NCBI GenBank assembly: GCA_005239865.1 | Contig: SBBC01000020.1 | Span: forward strand, 1-62,972 | Direction: 5' to 3' | Source of the DNA: Candidatus Microgenomatus auricola | GTDB lineage: Bacteria > Patescibacteriota > Patescibacteriia > SBBC01 | DNA: 62,972 bases | Shown here: one piece after another, positions 19,836 through 26,403 of the stretch | How the letters are laid out: each line of letters begins with the position of its first letter | How positions within the stretch are numbered: position 1 is the first letter of the stretch | Position numbers and translations under genes: made by a program | Notes under the pieces: generated by a model | Told to the model about the DNA's origin: nothing | What the model saw: the letters and a program-made list of their open reading frames with translations, nothing else | The model's database searches: none

Positions 19836-20780
19836 ATGGTTGATCTCGCCGTCAGCCTGCTCGCGCTCGCCTCGTTCGTCGGCGTTGTCACCATCGTGGC
19901 CCGACGATTTCCAACGCTGGCCGCCATCGATACGACGAGCATCCCGGTCGAACGGCAGGGCAAGCTTAAAACCCGCTTAATCGAGCAGCGGCTGAAGCGA
20001 AAGGTCGAACTGGCGCTGCGGGCCCTCCTGGCGGCGTTGAGACCGATGAGTCACGCTTTCACGTCGTTTCTGCGACAGCGTTACGAACGGCTCCTGGCTC
20101 TCGAACGGCAATACCGAACGCGGGTGACGACGCCAACCGCGTTGAGCCCCGAAGAACGCGAGAAAAAGGACTTCGAGATCGATCGTCTCTTAACGGCGGC
20201 GCACAGCGCCCTCGACCGGGGAGCGATTGAGGAAGCGGAACGAGACGCGATCGACGTCATCGCCAAAGACCCGCGGAACGTCAGGGCTTACCGCGTGTTG
20301 GCCTCGGTCTATCTCGAGAACAAGGACTACGAACACGCCCGCGAGACGCTTGAGTTTATTATCCAGCGCCTTCACGTTGAGGATGACGAGGTCTACGCCG
20401 AACTCGGACAAGTTGACTCCGGTGAAGGAAAACTTGAGGAGGCGAAGCGCGATCTTGAGAAATCGATTGCCGTTAACAGTCAGGCAGCCGAACATTTTCT
20501 CGACCTCTGTCGCGTCAACCTGGCGCTCGGCGATACCGCGAGCGCCTTCGAATCCTGCAAGCGCGCCGTCGAAATCGAACCGAATAATCCGAAGTTCCTT
20601 GACGCGCTTGTGGAAACTAGTATTGTGTCGGGGAAGAGGGAATGGGCCAGCGAGACCCTGGAAAAACTGCGCGCCGTAAATCCGGAGAATCAAAAACTCG
20701 AGGAATTCCAGGCCCGCATTGCCAATCTCCCTAAAAAACAAAATGTCAGGCCGCGATCTCATAAGCTGGTAAGATCATAG
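19836..20780 (+). CDS. TPR-repeat protein with N-terminal membrane anchor
   Basis: 314 aa with a TM helix followed by several 34-residue TPR-like repeats (AYRVLASVYLENKDYEHA, etc.). Confidence 0.7.
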   Translation: MVDLAVSLLALASFVGVVTIVARRFPTLAAIDTTSIPVERQGKLKTRLIEQRLKRKVELALRALLAALRPMSHAFTSFLRQRYERLLALERQYRTRVTTPTALSPEEREKKDFEIDRLLTAAHSALDRGAIEEAERDAIDVIAKDPRNVRAYRVLASVYLENKDYEHARETLEFIIQRLHVEDDEVYAELGQVDSGEGKLEEAKRDLEKSIAVNSQAAEHFLDLCRVNLALGDTASAFESCKRAVEIEPNNPKFLDALVETSIVSGKREWASETLEKLRAVNPENQKLEEFQARIANLPKKQNVRPRSHKLVRS

Positions 20781-20827
20781 TCACGTCGAGACAGCTTGGC
20801 TGGTACCCCGCACCAACTTTCGCCCGA

Positions 20828-20903
20828 GCCCACGTAGCTCAGATGGTAGAGCAACTCCATGGTAAGGAGTAGGTCCGCGGTTCAAATCCGCGCGTGGGCT
20901 CCA
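20828..20903 (+). tRNA. tRNA-Thr(GGU), CCA encoded
   Basis: Hand-folded cloverleaf: GCCCACG/CGTGGGC acceptor, GCTC-AGATGGTA-GAGC D arm, ACTCC-ATGGTAA-GGAGT anticodon arm, CGCGG-TTCAAAT-CCGCG T arm, then T-CCA. Confidence 0.9.
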
Positions 20904-20926
20904 GCGAGGGCAGGCGGGGAAGAAGA

Positions 20927-20957
20927 AGGTCCGCGGTTCAAATCCACCCAGCGGCTC
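20927..20957 (+). other. echo of the tRNA-Thr(GGU) 3' part (non-foldable)
   Basis: The 19-nt string AGGTCCGCGGTTCAAATCC at 20927-20945 is identical to 20871-20889 inside the tRNA. The following bases (ACCCAGCGGCTC) cannot close a T stem. Confidence 0.6.
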
Positions 20958-21045
20958 TCGAGTAGATGCCAAAATGATCAAGCGAGCCTGATGGTAAACC
21001 CTCCGGCCGAAGCCGAACATTACATTGTCGAGAACTTTCAAGATC

Positions 21046-21132
21046 GGGTGGGTACCGAAGCGGTCAAACGGGCCTGACTGTAAATCAGGTGGCCTCCGGC
21101 CTTCGTAGGTTCGAATCCTACTCCACCCACCA
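21046..21132 (+). tRNA. tRNA-Tyr(GUA), class II, CCA encoded
   Basis: GGGTGGG acceptor, CCTGA-CTGTAAA-TCAGG anticodon arm, 15-nt variable arm, GTAGG-TTCGAAT-CCTAC T arm, TCCACCC-A-CCA. Confidence 0.9.
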
Positions 21133-21191
21133 CGCGTCAGATTCGGAAAAAGGAATGTGGTGCGGGATGGCCACCGGTCCCCGATCCAGTC

Positions 21192-21219
21192 GGGGATTCG
21201 AATCCTATCCCACCCACCA
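21192..21219 (+). other. echo of the tRNA-Tyr 3' end (degenerate T arm plus CCCACCC-A-CCA)
   Basis: GGGGATTCGAATCCTATCCCACCCACCA repeats TTCGAATCCTA and CCACCCACCA of the tRNA 87 nt downstream. The T stem does not pair. Confidence 0.55.
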
Positions 21220-21286
21220 GTTGCAAAAAAGTAAAAAAAGTAGTACTCTACATCAGCTATTGCTGATTCCCGTTCGAGCTAATATC

Positions 21287-21524
21287 GCCGGAGTAGCTCA
21301 ATGGTAGAGCATCGCTTTTGTCCCGCTCAATAACGTGGTTATCTGGTAATCGCGGGATCCTCGAAGTTCTTACAAAATCTTGCCGGGATAGCTCAGTGGT
21401 AGAGCAGCTGTTTTGTAAACAGCAGGTCGCAGGTTCAAATCCTGTTCCCGGCTCCACCCGACAAGATTTTGAGAACTTCGGGATAAAGCGGTGGTTGGGG
21501 GTTCGAATCCTCTCTCCGGCTCCA
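21287..21524 (+). tRNA. interrupted tRNA gene (Thr-UGU-like if joined 21321/21485) with a 163-nt insert in the anticodon loop
   Basis: 5' part 21287-21321 and 3' part 21485-21524 join into a 75-nt cloverleaf. It has 7/7 acceptor pairs (GCCGGAG/CTCCGGC), 5/5 anticodon-stem pairs, a GGGGG-TTCGAAT-CCTCT T arm and T-CCA. See findings. Confidence 0.6.
21382..21456 (+). tRNA. tRNA-Thr(UGU), CCA encoded (nested inside the interrupted tRNA)
   Basis: GCCGGGA/TCCCGGC acceptor, GCTGT-TTTGTAA-ACAGC anticodon arm, GCAGG-TTCAAAT-CCTGT T arm, then T-CCA. Confidence 0.9.
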
Positions 21525-21553
21525 GGCATACTCGTCAGTAAACAACCTCTTCA

Positions 21554-21715
21554 ATGTCGCAAGAAAATTTAGTCGGTCTGGCATGCGCCGAGTGCAAGCG
21601 GGTCAATTACTTCACCACGCGGAATAAGAAAAAAATCAAGGCCAAGTTGTCACTCAAGAAGTATTGTCCATGGGACAAGAAGCATACCGTTCATACCGAG
21701 GCGAAGCTCAAATGA
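21554..21715 (+). CDS. rpmG: 50S ribosomal protein L33
   Basis: 53-aa ORF absent from the ORF track because it is under 60 aa: MSQENLVGLACAECKRVNYFTTRNKKKIKAKLSLKKYCPWDKKHTVHTEAKLK. This is the typical L33 pattern (CxxC...YxTxxNKK...KLxLKKYCP...H). Confidence 0.85.
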   Translation: MSQENLVGLACAECKRVNYFTTRNKKKIKAKLSLKKYCPWDKKHTVHTEAKLK

Positions 21716-21726
21716 CGCATCAGTTT

Positions 21727-21779
21727 GGGGGTGTAGTGTCAGTGGTTAGCACGGCGGTCTCCAATCCCGCCCCAATGCT
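21727..21779 (+). other. tRNA-Trp-like 5' half (acceptor strand, D arm, CCA anticodon arm)
   Basis: GGGGGTG-TA-GTGT-CAGTGGTTA-GCAC-G-GCGGT-CTCCAAT-CCCGC. There is no T arm of its own. Its acceptor strand pairs with CACCCCT at 21875-21881. Confidence 0.55.
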
Positions 21780-21853
21780 GGGGGCGTCGTTCAACGGCAG
21801 GACCCAGGTCTCCAAAACCTGTAATGGGGGTTCGATTCCCTCCGCCCCTGCCA
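21780..21853 (+). tRNA. tRNA-Trp(CCA), CCA encoded
   Basis: GGGGGCG/CGCCCCT acceptor, CAGGT-CTCCAAA-ACCTG anticodon arm, GGGGG-TTCGATT-CCCTC T arm, then G-CCA. Close to the E. coli tRNA-Trp layout. Confidence 0.9.
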
Positions 21854-21885
21854 TTGGGGCGGGACAAGTCCTAGCACCCCTGCCA
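21854..21885 (+). other. 3' shell of the tRNA-Trp-like outer element (helix arm plus acceptor 3' strand plus CCA)
   Basis: TTGGGGCGGG (21854-21863) is the perfect complement of CCCGCCCCAA (21766-21775). CACCCCT-G-CCA at 21875-21885 complements the outer 5' strand GGGGGTG. Confidence 0.55.
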
Positions 21886-21913
21886 GGAGTCTATCTGTAG
21901 TCTCCGTTTACTT

Positions 21914-21938
21914 CGGGGCATAGCGCAGTTGGTAGCTC
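21914..21938 (+). other. tRNA 5' fragment (acceptor strand plus D arm)
   Basis: CGGGGCA-TA-GCGC-AGTTGGTA-GCTC resembles the 5' end of the downstream tRNA-Pro (CGGGGAT-TG-GCGC-AGTTGGTA-GCGC). No proper anticodon arm follows. Confidence 0.45.
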
Positions 21939-21986
21939 CGCACCACATGAGTGGTTGTCCGACGATAATTATCATCAAACAATTGG

Positions 21987-22018
21987 GTGCGGGGCAAGCG
22001 CGCGCGGCTGCCCCGCAC
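21987..22018 (+). other. GC-rich hairpin with a 10-bp perfect stem
   Basis: GTGCGGGGCA (21987-21996) pairs with TGCCCCGCAC (22009-22018), loop AGCGCGCGCGGC. Its 3' arm overlaps the 5' arm of the helix flanking tRNA-Pro. Confidence 0.6.
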
Positions 22019-22029
22019 GTCCGCTGTCC

Positions 22030-22102
22030 CGGGGATTGGCGCAGTTGGTAGCGCGCACGGTTCGGGACCGTGAGGTCGGGAGTTCGAGTCTCCCATCCCC
22101 GA
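22030..22102 (+). tRNA. tRNA-Pro(CGG), CCA not encoded
   Basis: CGGGGAT/ATCCCCG acceptor, CACGG-TTCGGGA-CCGTG anticodon arm, GGGAG-TTCGAGT-CTCCC T arm, discriminator A. Confidence 0.9.
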
Positions 22103-22112
22103 CAGAGCGGAC

Positions 22113-22165
22113 GTGCGGGGTTCGGGCGCACGAGGTCACCGGTTCGAGTCCGGTATCCCCAACCA
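22113..22165 (+). other. tRNA-Pro-like 3' part (9-nt anticodon-like loop, T arm, acceptor strand, CCA)
   Basis: GTGCG-GGGTTCGGG-CGCAC-G-AGGTC-ACCGG-TTCGAGT-CCGGT-ATCCCCA-A-CCA. The T arm is perfect and the loop keeps TTCGGG, but it is 9 nt long. No matching 5' acceptor strand was found. Confidence 0.5.
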
Positions 22166-22181
22166 AATCCATACGTCATTC

Positions 22182-22877
22182 ATGACATCACACCACAAAG
22201 CGCCCCGACACGTTGCGATCATCATGGACGGCAACCGCAGATGGGCGCGGAAGCACGGGAAACCGACATTGGAAGGCCATCGCGTCGGTTACCAAACGCT
22301 GAAGAAGATCGGCGACGCAGCGCTCGAACGGGGAGTAAAAATCCTGTCGGTCTGGGCATTTTCGACGGACAATTGGAAGCGGGCCAAACGGGAAGTGACG
22401 TTTCTCATGGGCCTGCTCGAATGGGTGCTGAAAGAGGAAATTGCCGAGTTTCACCGAAAGGACGTCAAGCTCCTCGTGACCGGCCGGATCCACGAACTTT
22501 CAGCCCGACTCCAGAATCTGATCGCCGACGCGATGAATCTCACGCGCGAAAACACCCACGGGATTTTGAATGTGCTCTTGAACTACGGAGGCCGCGAAGA
22601 AATTGTCGATGCGGTTCGGGCCATTGTCCGTGCCAAACCAGAGGCCGAAAGCGTTGATGAGAGGTTGATTGAGAAGCACCTCTACCGCTCCGAACTTCCG
22701 GATCCGGATCTCATCATTCGCACCAGCGGAGAACAGCGGTTGTCCGGCTTCATGCCTTGGCAGCTCGCCTATAGCGAGTTGGTGTTCGTCGATAAACTCT
22801 GGCCTGACTTCACTCCAAAGGATCTCGATGCCGCGCTCGAGGAATTTCGGCGGCGCGAGCGGCGCTTCGGGAAGTAG
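22182..22877 (+). CDS. uppS: undecaprenyl-diphosphate synthase (cis-prenyltransferase)
   Basis: HVAIIMDGNRRWA and RTSGEQRLSGFMPWQLAYSE motifs. Start MTSHHK at 22182, since the upstream part of the ORF covers tRNA sequence. Confidence 0.95.
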   Translation: MTSHHKAPRHVAIIMDGNRRWARKHGKPTLEGHRVGYQTLKKIGDAALERGVKILSVWAFSTDNWKRAKREVTFLMGLLEWVLKEEIAEFHRKDVKLLVTGRIHELSARLQNLIADAMNLTRENTHGILNVLLNYGGREEIVDAVRAIVRAKPEAESVDERLIEKHLYRSELPDPDLIIRTSGEQRLSGFMPWQLAYSELVFVDKLWPDFTPKDLDAALEEFRRRERRFGK

Positions 22878-23059
22878 ATCGTCGCTATCTCAACGCGACC
22901 ACGCACCCTGACGAACGCGTCAGGTAAGTTGTGTTGTCTGGAAAAAGAAAAAGAGCAGGTTTCATCTAAGTTGGACTTGACTGCGAAGTCTCAACCGGGA
23001 ATCCGCCCGCTCTTAAGGGAGGAAGTTCCAAGGCGAAGCAGAGCCCTTCGGTTCGTATC

Positions 23060-23150
23060 CTGATGATGGGCAAACCGTCGGGAAGCATAGGTGGGTCGTC
23101 ACGCAGCAGATGCCCGGGTGTGACAGACCGGTGGCGGGGACCGATTGAGC
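23060..23150 (+). ncRNA. candidate structured RNA, weak resemblance to a c-di-GMP-I (GEMM) aptamer core
   Basis: It lies in a 435-nt intergenic gap. The blocks GGGCAAACC, ACGCAGCAGATGCC and CCGGTGGCGGGGACCGAT are colinear with remembered GEMM-I blocks. A 7-bp long-range helix (23029-23035 with 23164-23170) encloses it. Not verified. Confidence 0.3.
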
Positions 23151-23312
23151 CAGGTGTCCCTATCGCCTTGAGCCGGGCTGAAATCCCCTCTGCCTCGCCA
23201 TTGATCACTTTGTTGAAGGAACAATTCAGTCTACACCTTGGTGGAGATTTGTCAAGCTTTGGTGGAAGCCATTGGCCTGTTCGGCAATGGTCATGTTTGC
23301 TACAATCAACCG

Positions 23313-23969
23313 ATGAACGAACCCCAGCGAGCGCGGGGATGGCTCTGGAGCATGTGGCAGTATATGAAACTTTTCGCCCTCCGTCAGTCAGAGAACGATT
23401 GGGAGGAGATGTATCGCGGCTTTCCAGCGGAGAAGCTGCCGTGGGAAAGCAATAAGCCCTCGCCGTGGTTGGTGAAATTTGTTCACGACGGGGTGATGCG
23501 TGGGAAAGTCCTTGATGTGGGCTGTGGCGCCGGCACGCACAGCGTCTGGATGGCGGAACAAGGGCTGAACGTTTCCGGCATCGACGTTTCCGCCACGGCC
23601 ATCATGCTTGCCCGAGGACTGGCGACCGGGCACGAGGTAAACATCAATTTTCAGATTGGTGATGCCGTGCATTCACCATATCCTAACTCAAGTTTTGATG
23701 CGATCTTTGACCGCGGGACGTATCACCATCAGGATCGTCGAAAAACCGAGTATGTTCGTGAAATGACACGGCTCCTGAAACCCGGCGGAAAATATCTGCT
23801 GCTGGCGTTTTCGCCGAAGATGCATTGGCCGAAGAGCGTGACGCTGGCGGAGGTCGAACGAATGTTCGGCCGCGCGCTGGTGATTGACTGGACTGGCGAG
23901 GAAGTGCACGTCCAGCCGGACGGTCGGGAAGTTCGACTTGGTGCGTATCTCCTGACCAAACGTCCATGA
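23313..23969 (+). CDS. class I SAM-dependent methyltransferase
   Basis: VLDVGCGAGTHS glycine-rich SAM motif and a DAIFDRGTYHH post-II region. Start MNEPQR at 23313. Confidence 0.8.
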   Translation: MNEPQRARGWLWSMWQYMKLFALRQSENDWEEMYRGFPAEKLPWESNKPSPWLVKFVHDGVMRGKVLDVGCGAGTHSVWMAEQGLNVSGIDVSATAIMLARGLATGHEVNINFQIGDAVHSPYPNSSFDAIFDRGTYHHQDRRKTEYVREMTRLLKPGGKYLLLAFSPKMHWPKSVTLAEVERMFGRALVIDWTGEEVHVQPDGREVRLGAYLLTKRP

Positions 23970-25294
23970 AGGATCTTTTTGATATCCAGCTTGAACGAGA
24001 CGTCGCGGAGAACGCGCCGCTGGCGGATCGGATGCGACCGCACCGGCTTGAGGAATTCGTCGGTCAGGAGGAGGTGGTTGGTCCGGGAACTATTTTGCGG
24101 AAGGCGGTCGAGAATGACGAATTGTTCTCCATCATCTTCTGGGGTCCGCCGGGGTCGGGCAAGACCACGCTGGCGGCGATTGTCGCGCACCTGACGAAGT
24201 CCGCGTTCATCCGACTCTCCGGCGTCGACAGCGGGAAGGACGATTTGCGACGCGTCATCAGGGAGGCGCGGGATAACCGGAAGCTTCACCGCCGGCGGAC
24301 CATCTTGTTTATTGACGAAATCCACCGCTGGAACAAAGCCCAGCAGGACGCGCTCCTGCCGTACGTCGAGCAGGGAATTGTGACGCTCATCGGCGCGACG
24401 ACTGAGAATCCAAGTTTTGAGGTGATTTCGCCGCTTTTATCGCGTTGCCGAGTCATCGTGCTGAAACGTCTCGAGCCAGAACACCTTGAAGTTATTGTCC
24501 AGCGCGCTCTCCGCGACAAGGGGCGCGGTTATGGAAACATGTCCGGCGTAGTCGGATCTGGCTCCGCCAACCGACGCGTGACCGTTGAACCGAAAGCGAT
24601 GCGCCTGCTTACCACCGTGGCGAACGGAGATGCTCGGACCGCACTCAATGCTCTCGAAATCAGCGTCAAAGCCACGCAGCCGGATGCCACAGGCGTTCGT
24701 GTCATCACATTGAAGACCGCAGCCGAGGCGCTCCAGCACCGGGCGTTGCTTTACGACAAAAAGGGCGAGGAGCATTACAACATCATCAGCGCGTTCATCA
24801 AATCATTGCGCGGCAGCAATCCCGATGCGGCCTTGTACTACCTCGGCCGCATGCTCGAGGCCGGCGAAGATCCCTTATTCGTCGCCCGGCGGATGGTGAT
24901 CCTCGCGTCCGAGGATATTGGCATGGCCGATCCCCACGCGCTCCCTTTGGCGGTGGCCGGCATGGAAGCGGTTGATCTTATCGGCATGCCCGAGTGCGCC
25001 ATAAATCTTTCGCACGTGGCCGTGTACTTAGCGACCGCACCCAAGTCGAACGCCACCTACGTCGCCTACGGGAAAGCGTTGGCTGACGTCAAGGAAACGT
25101 TGAACGAGCCGGTGCCGTTGAATCTCCGGAACGCGCCGACTGACTTAATGAAAGAATTGGGGTACGGGAAGGGGTACAAGTATTCTCATGATTATCAACG
25201 AGGATCGGCTGAAAGCGAGCAGCAGTACCTTCCGGACAAACTCGCCGACCGGACGTACTACGAGAATAAAGAGAAGAAGAGGAAGAAATCATGA
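23966..25294 (+). CDS. rarA: replication-associated recombination protein A (MgsA/RarA AAA+ ATPase)
   Basis: Walker [12 protein letters not shown], Walker B/sensor [21 protein letters not shown], and a C-terminal MgsA domain ([20 protein letters not shown]). Confidence 0.95.
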   Translation: MKDLFDIQLERDVAENAPLADRMRPHRLEEFVGQEEVVGPGTILRKAVENDELFSIIFWGPPGSGKTTLAAIVAHLTKSAFIRLSGVDSGKDDLRRVIREARDNRKLHRRRTILFIDEIHRWNKAQQDALLPYVEQGIVTLIGATTENPSFEVISPLLSRCRVIVLKRLEPEHLEVIVQRALRDKGRGYGNMSGVVGSGSANRRVTVEPKAMRLLTTVANGDARTALNALEISVKATQPDATGVRVITLKTAAEALQHRALLYDKKGEEHYNIISAFIKSLRGSNPDAALYYLGRMLEAGEDPLFVARRMVILASEDIGMADPHALPLAVAGMEAVDLIGMPECAINLSHVAVYLATAPKSNATYVAYGKALADVKETLNEPVPLNLRNAPTDLMKELGYGKGYKYSHDYQRGSAESEQQYLPDKLADRTYYENKEKKRKKS

Positions 25295-25575
25295 AACGCT
25301 ATCTCGTGACTGCCGGCGTCTTGTTCTTGCTGGCGTCAGCATACTCGACGTGGAGCGAGAATTGTCGTCAGGGATGCGGCTTCGAGGTGGTGACGCTCGG
25401 TTGGCCAGTCGTGTTGACGACACCGACATCGCCGGACAGCGGTCGGCCAGCAGAATTCTTTTTCGTGCCGTTGCTCTGGAATATCTTGTGGACGGCGTTC
25501 GGGGCCGTGAGTTTCTGGGCGGTGGTGGAGACGCTCGAACGATGGCAGGATCGGCGACGCCAACCGCCGTTCTGA
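25291..25575 (+). CDS. small membrane protein, unknown function
   Basis: 94 aa, 2-3 hydrophobic helices, ATGA overlap with rarA. Confidence 0.5.
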   Translation: MKRYLVTAGVLFLLASAYSTWSENCRQGCGFEVVTLGWPVVLTTPTSPDSGRPAEFFFVPLLWNILWTAFGAVSFWAVVETLERWQDRRRQPPF

Positions 25576-25649
25576 AAAGTGATTGGACCGTGGCTTTACT
25601 CCGTCTGCCGACTATGCTATACTGAAGTCAGGAAATCAAGATAAAGACC

Positions 25650-26390
25650 ATGGCCTCGTTATTTCGAAAGCTCGCAACCATTGGCGTGAGCGAGTTCGTG
25701 TTGGTCTTTCTCCTCGTCGTGATGCTCGGCGGGGTCTTTGCGCTTTCCTCGACGAACGTCAACTTTCAGATGGTCATCCTTCCGCCGCCGCCTCCGATCA
25801 TCACTTCGATTCTTGGGGATAGCCAAACGCGCGCCGTTTTGGTCCTCGGCTCGACCACGCTGCCTGAATCCAAGCAGCGCGTCTACGCCTTCAGCGATCC
25901 GTTGGTCGTTGAGACGACGGCCAACGAAGAGGGGATCTTCTTTAGCGTTTTCACGGCTGACGTGTTGCCGCCCGGACCGCATGAGTTTAGCGCGGCCACC
26001 GTGCTCACGGAAAACCAAACGACAGATTCGTCCTCAAAAGTTGCGGTCACGGTCCAAGACGACTACACGGTGGGGCTGGCCGACAACGCGACTACGTCAA
26101 CCGTCAAAGTTGGCAACGCCGACGCCGCGACCAGCGAACTCATTCGGAGCATCGCCCGCAATCAGGAGTTGGCAAAGACCACAACTTCAGCCGAGATTCC
26201 CGGAGAAAACACGCGCGCCACTCGCGCGCGGGTCATTCAATTGGCATTGTTGCTCATCATCGTTCTCGAGACCGTTGTGCTTCTCCGCCAACGCGCCAAG
26301 CGCAAGGCCCTTGAAGGACGCGGTTTCTTCCATCTCGGCCGCGGTTTCTATCGGCTCCACCGCGACGCTGAACGCCGCGCCGCCCGCTGA
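25650..26390 (+). CDS. bitopic membrane protein with extracytoplasmic beta-rich domain
   Basis: 246 aa with N-terminal and C-terminal TM helices, a PPPPP linker and a basic tail. Confidence 0.55.
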   Translation: MASLFRKLATIGVSEFVLVFLLVVMLGGVFALSSTNVNFQMVILPPPPPIITSILGDSQTRAVLVLGSTTLPESKQRVYAFSDPLVVETTANEEGIFFSVFTADVLPPGPHEFSAATVLTENQTTDSSSKVAVTVQDDYTVGLADNATTSTVKVGNADAATSELIRSIARNQELAKTTTSAEIPGENTRATRARVIQLALLLIIVLETVVLLRQRAKRKALEGRGFFHLGRGFYRLHRDAERRAAR

Positions 26391-26403
26391 CGTTGTCGCA
26401 ACC

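Noticed and set aside
21322-21484. Group I intron as the explanation for the tRNA insert
   Set aside because: 163 nt, of which 75 are a tRNA, is too short for a group I core. I could not find P3-P7-like pairings or a G-binding site. The BHB (archaeal) motif also does not fit: the 4-bp helix CCCG/CGGG is flanked by a 5-nt/4-nt internal loop, not by two 3-nt bulges.
20800-22200. Integrated prophage or genomic island as the cause of the duplicated tRNA 3' ends
   Set aside because: No integrase, excisionase or phage genes lie anywhere nearby. The duplicated segments are only 56-90 nt from their tRNAs. At best they are remnants, so they are reported as an observation rather than as a mobile element.
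20781-22657. ORFs overlapping the tRNA cluster (20781..21041, 21257..21529, 21871..22179, 22070..22657, and others)
   Set aside because: They run through tRNA sequences on either strand or through alternative frames of uppS. The tRNA cloverleaves and the uppS motifs explain the sequence better.
22960-23210. RNase P RNA, SRP RNA or tmRNA
   Set aside because: - RNase P: GGGAGGAAGTTCC resembles CR-I, but I could not pair it with any ACAGA..CCGGCTTA-like strand, and the region is too short for P7-P14.
- SRP: no GGAA-tetraloop/AGCA domain IV motif on either strand.
- tmRNA: no tRNA-like ends.

It is kept only as an unassigned structured-RNA candidate.
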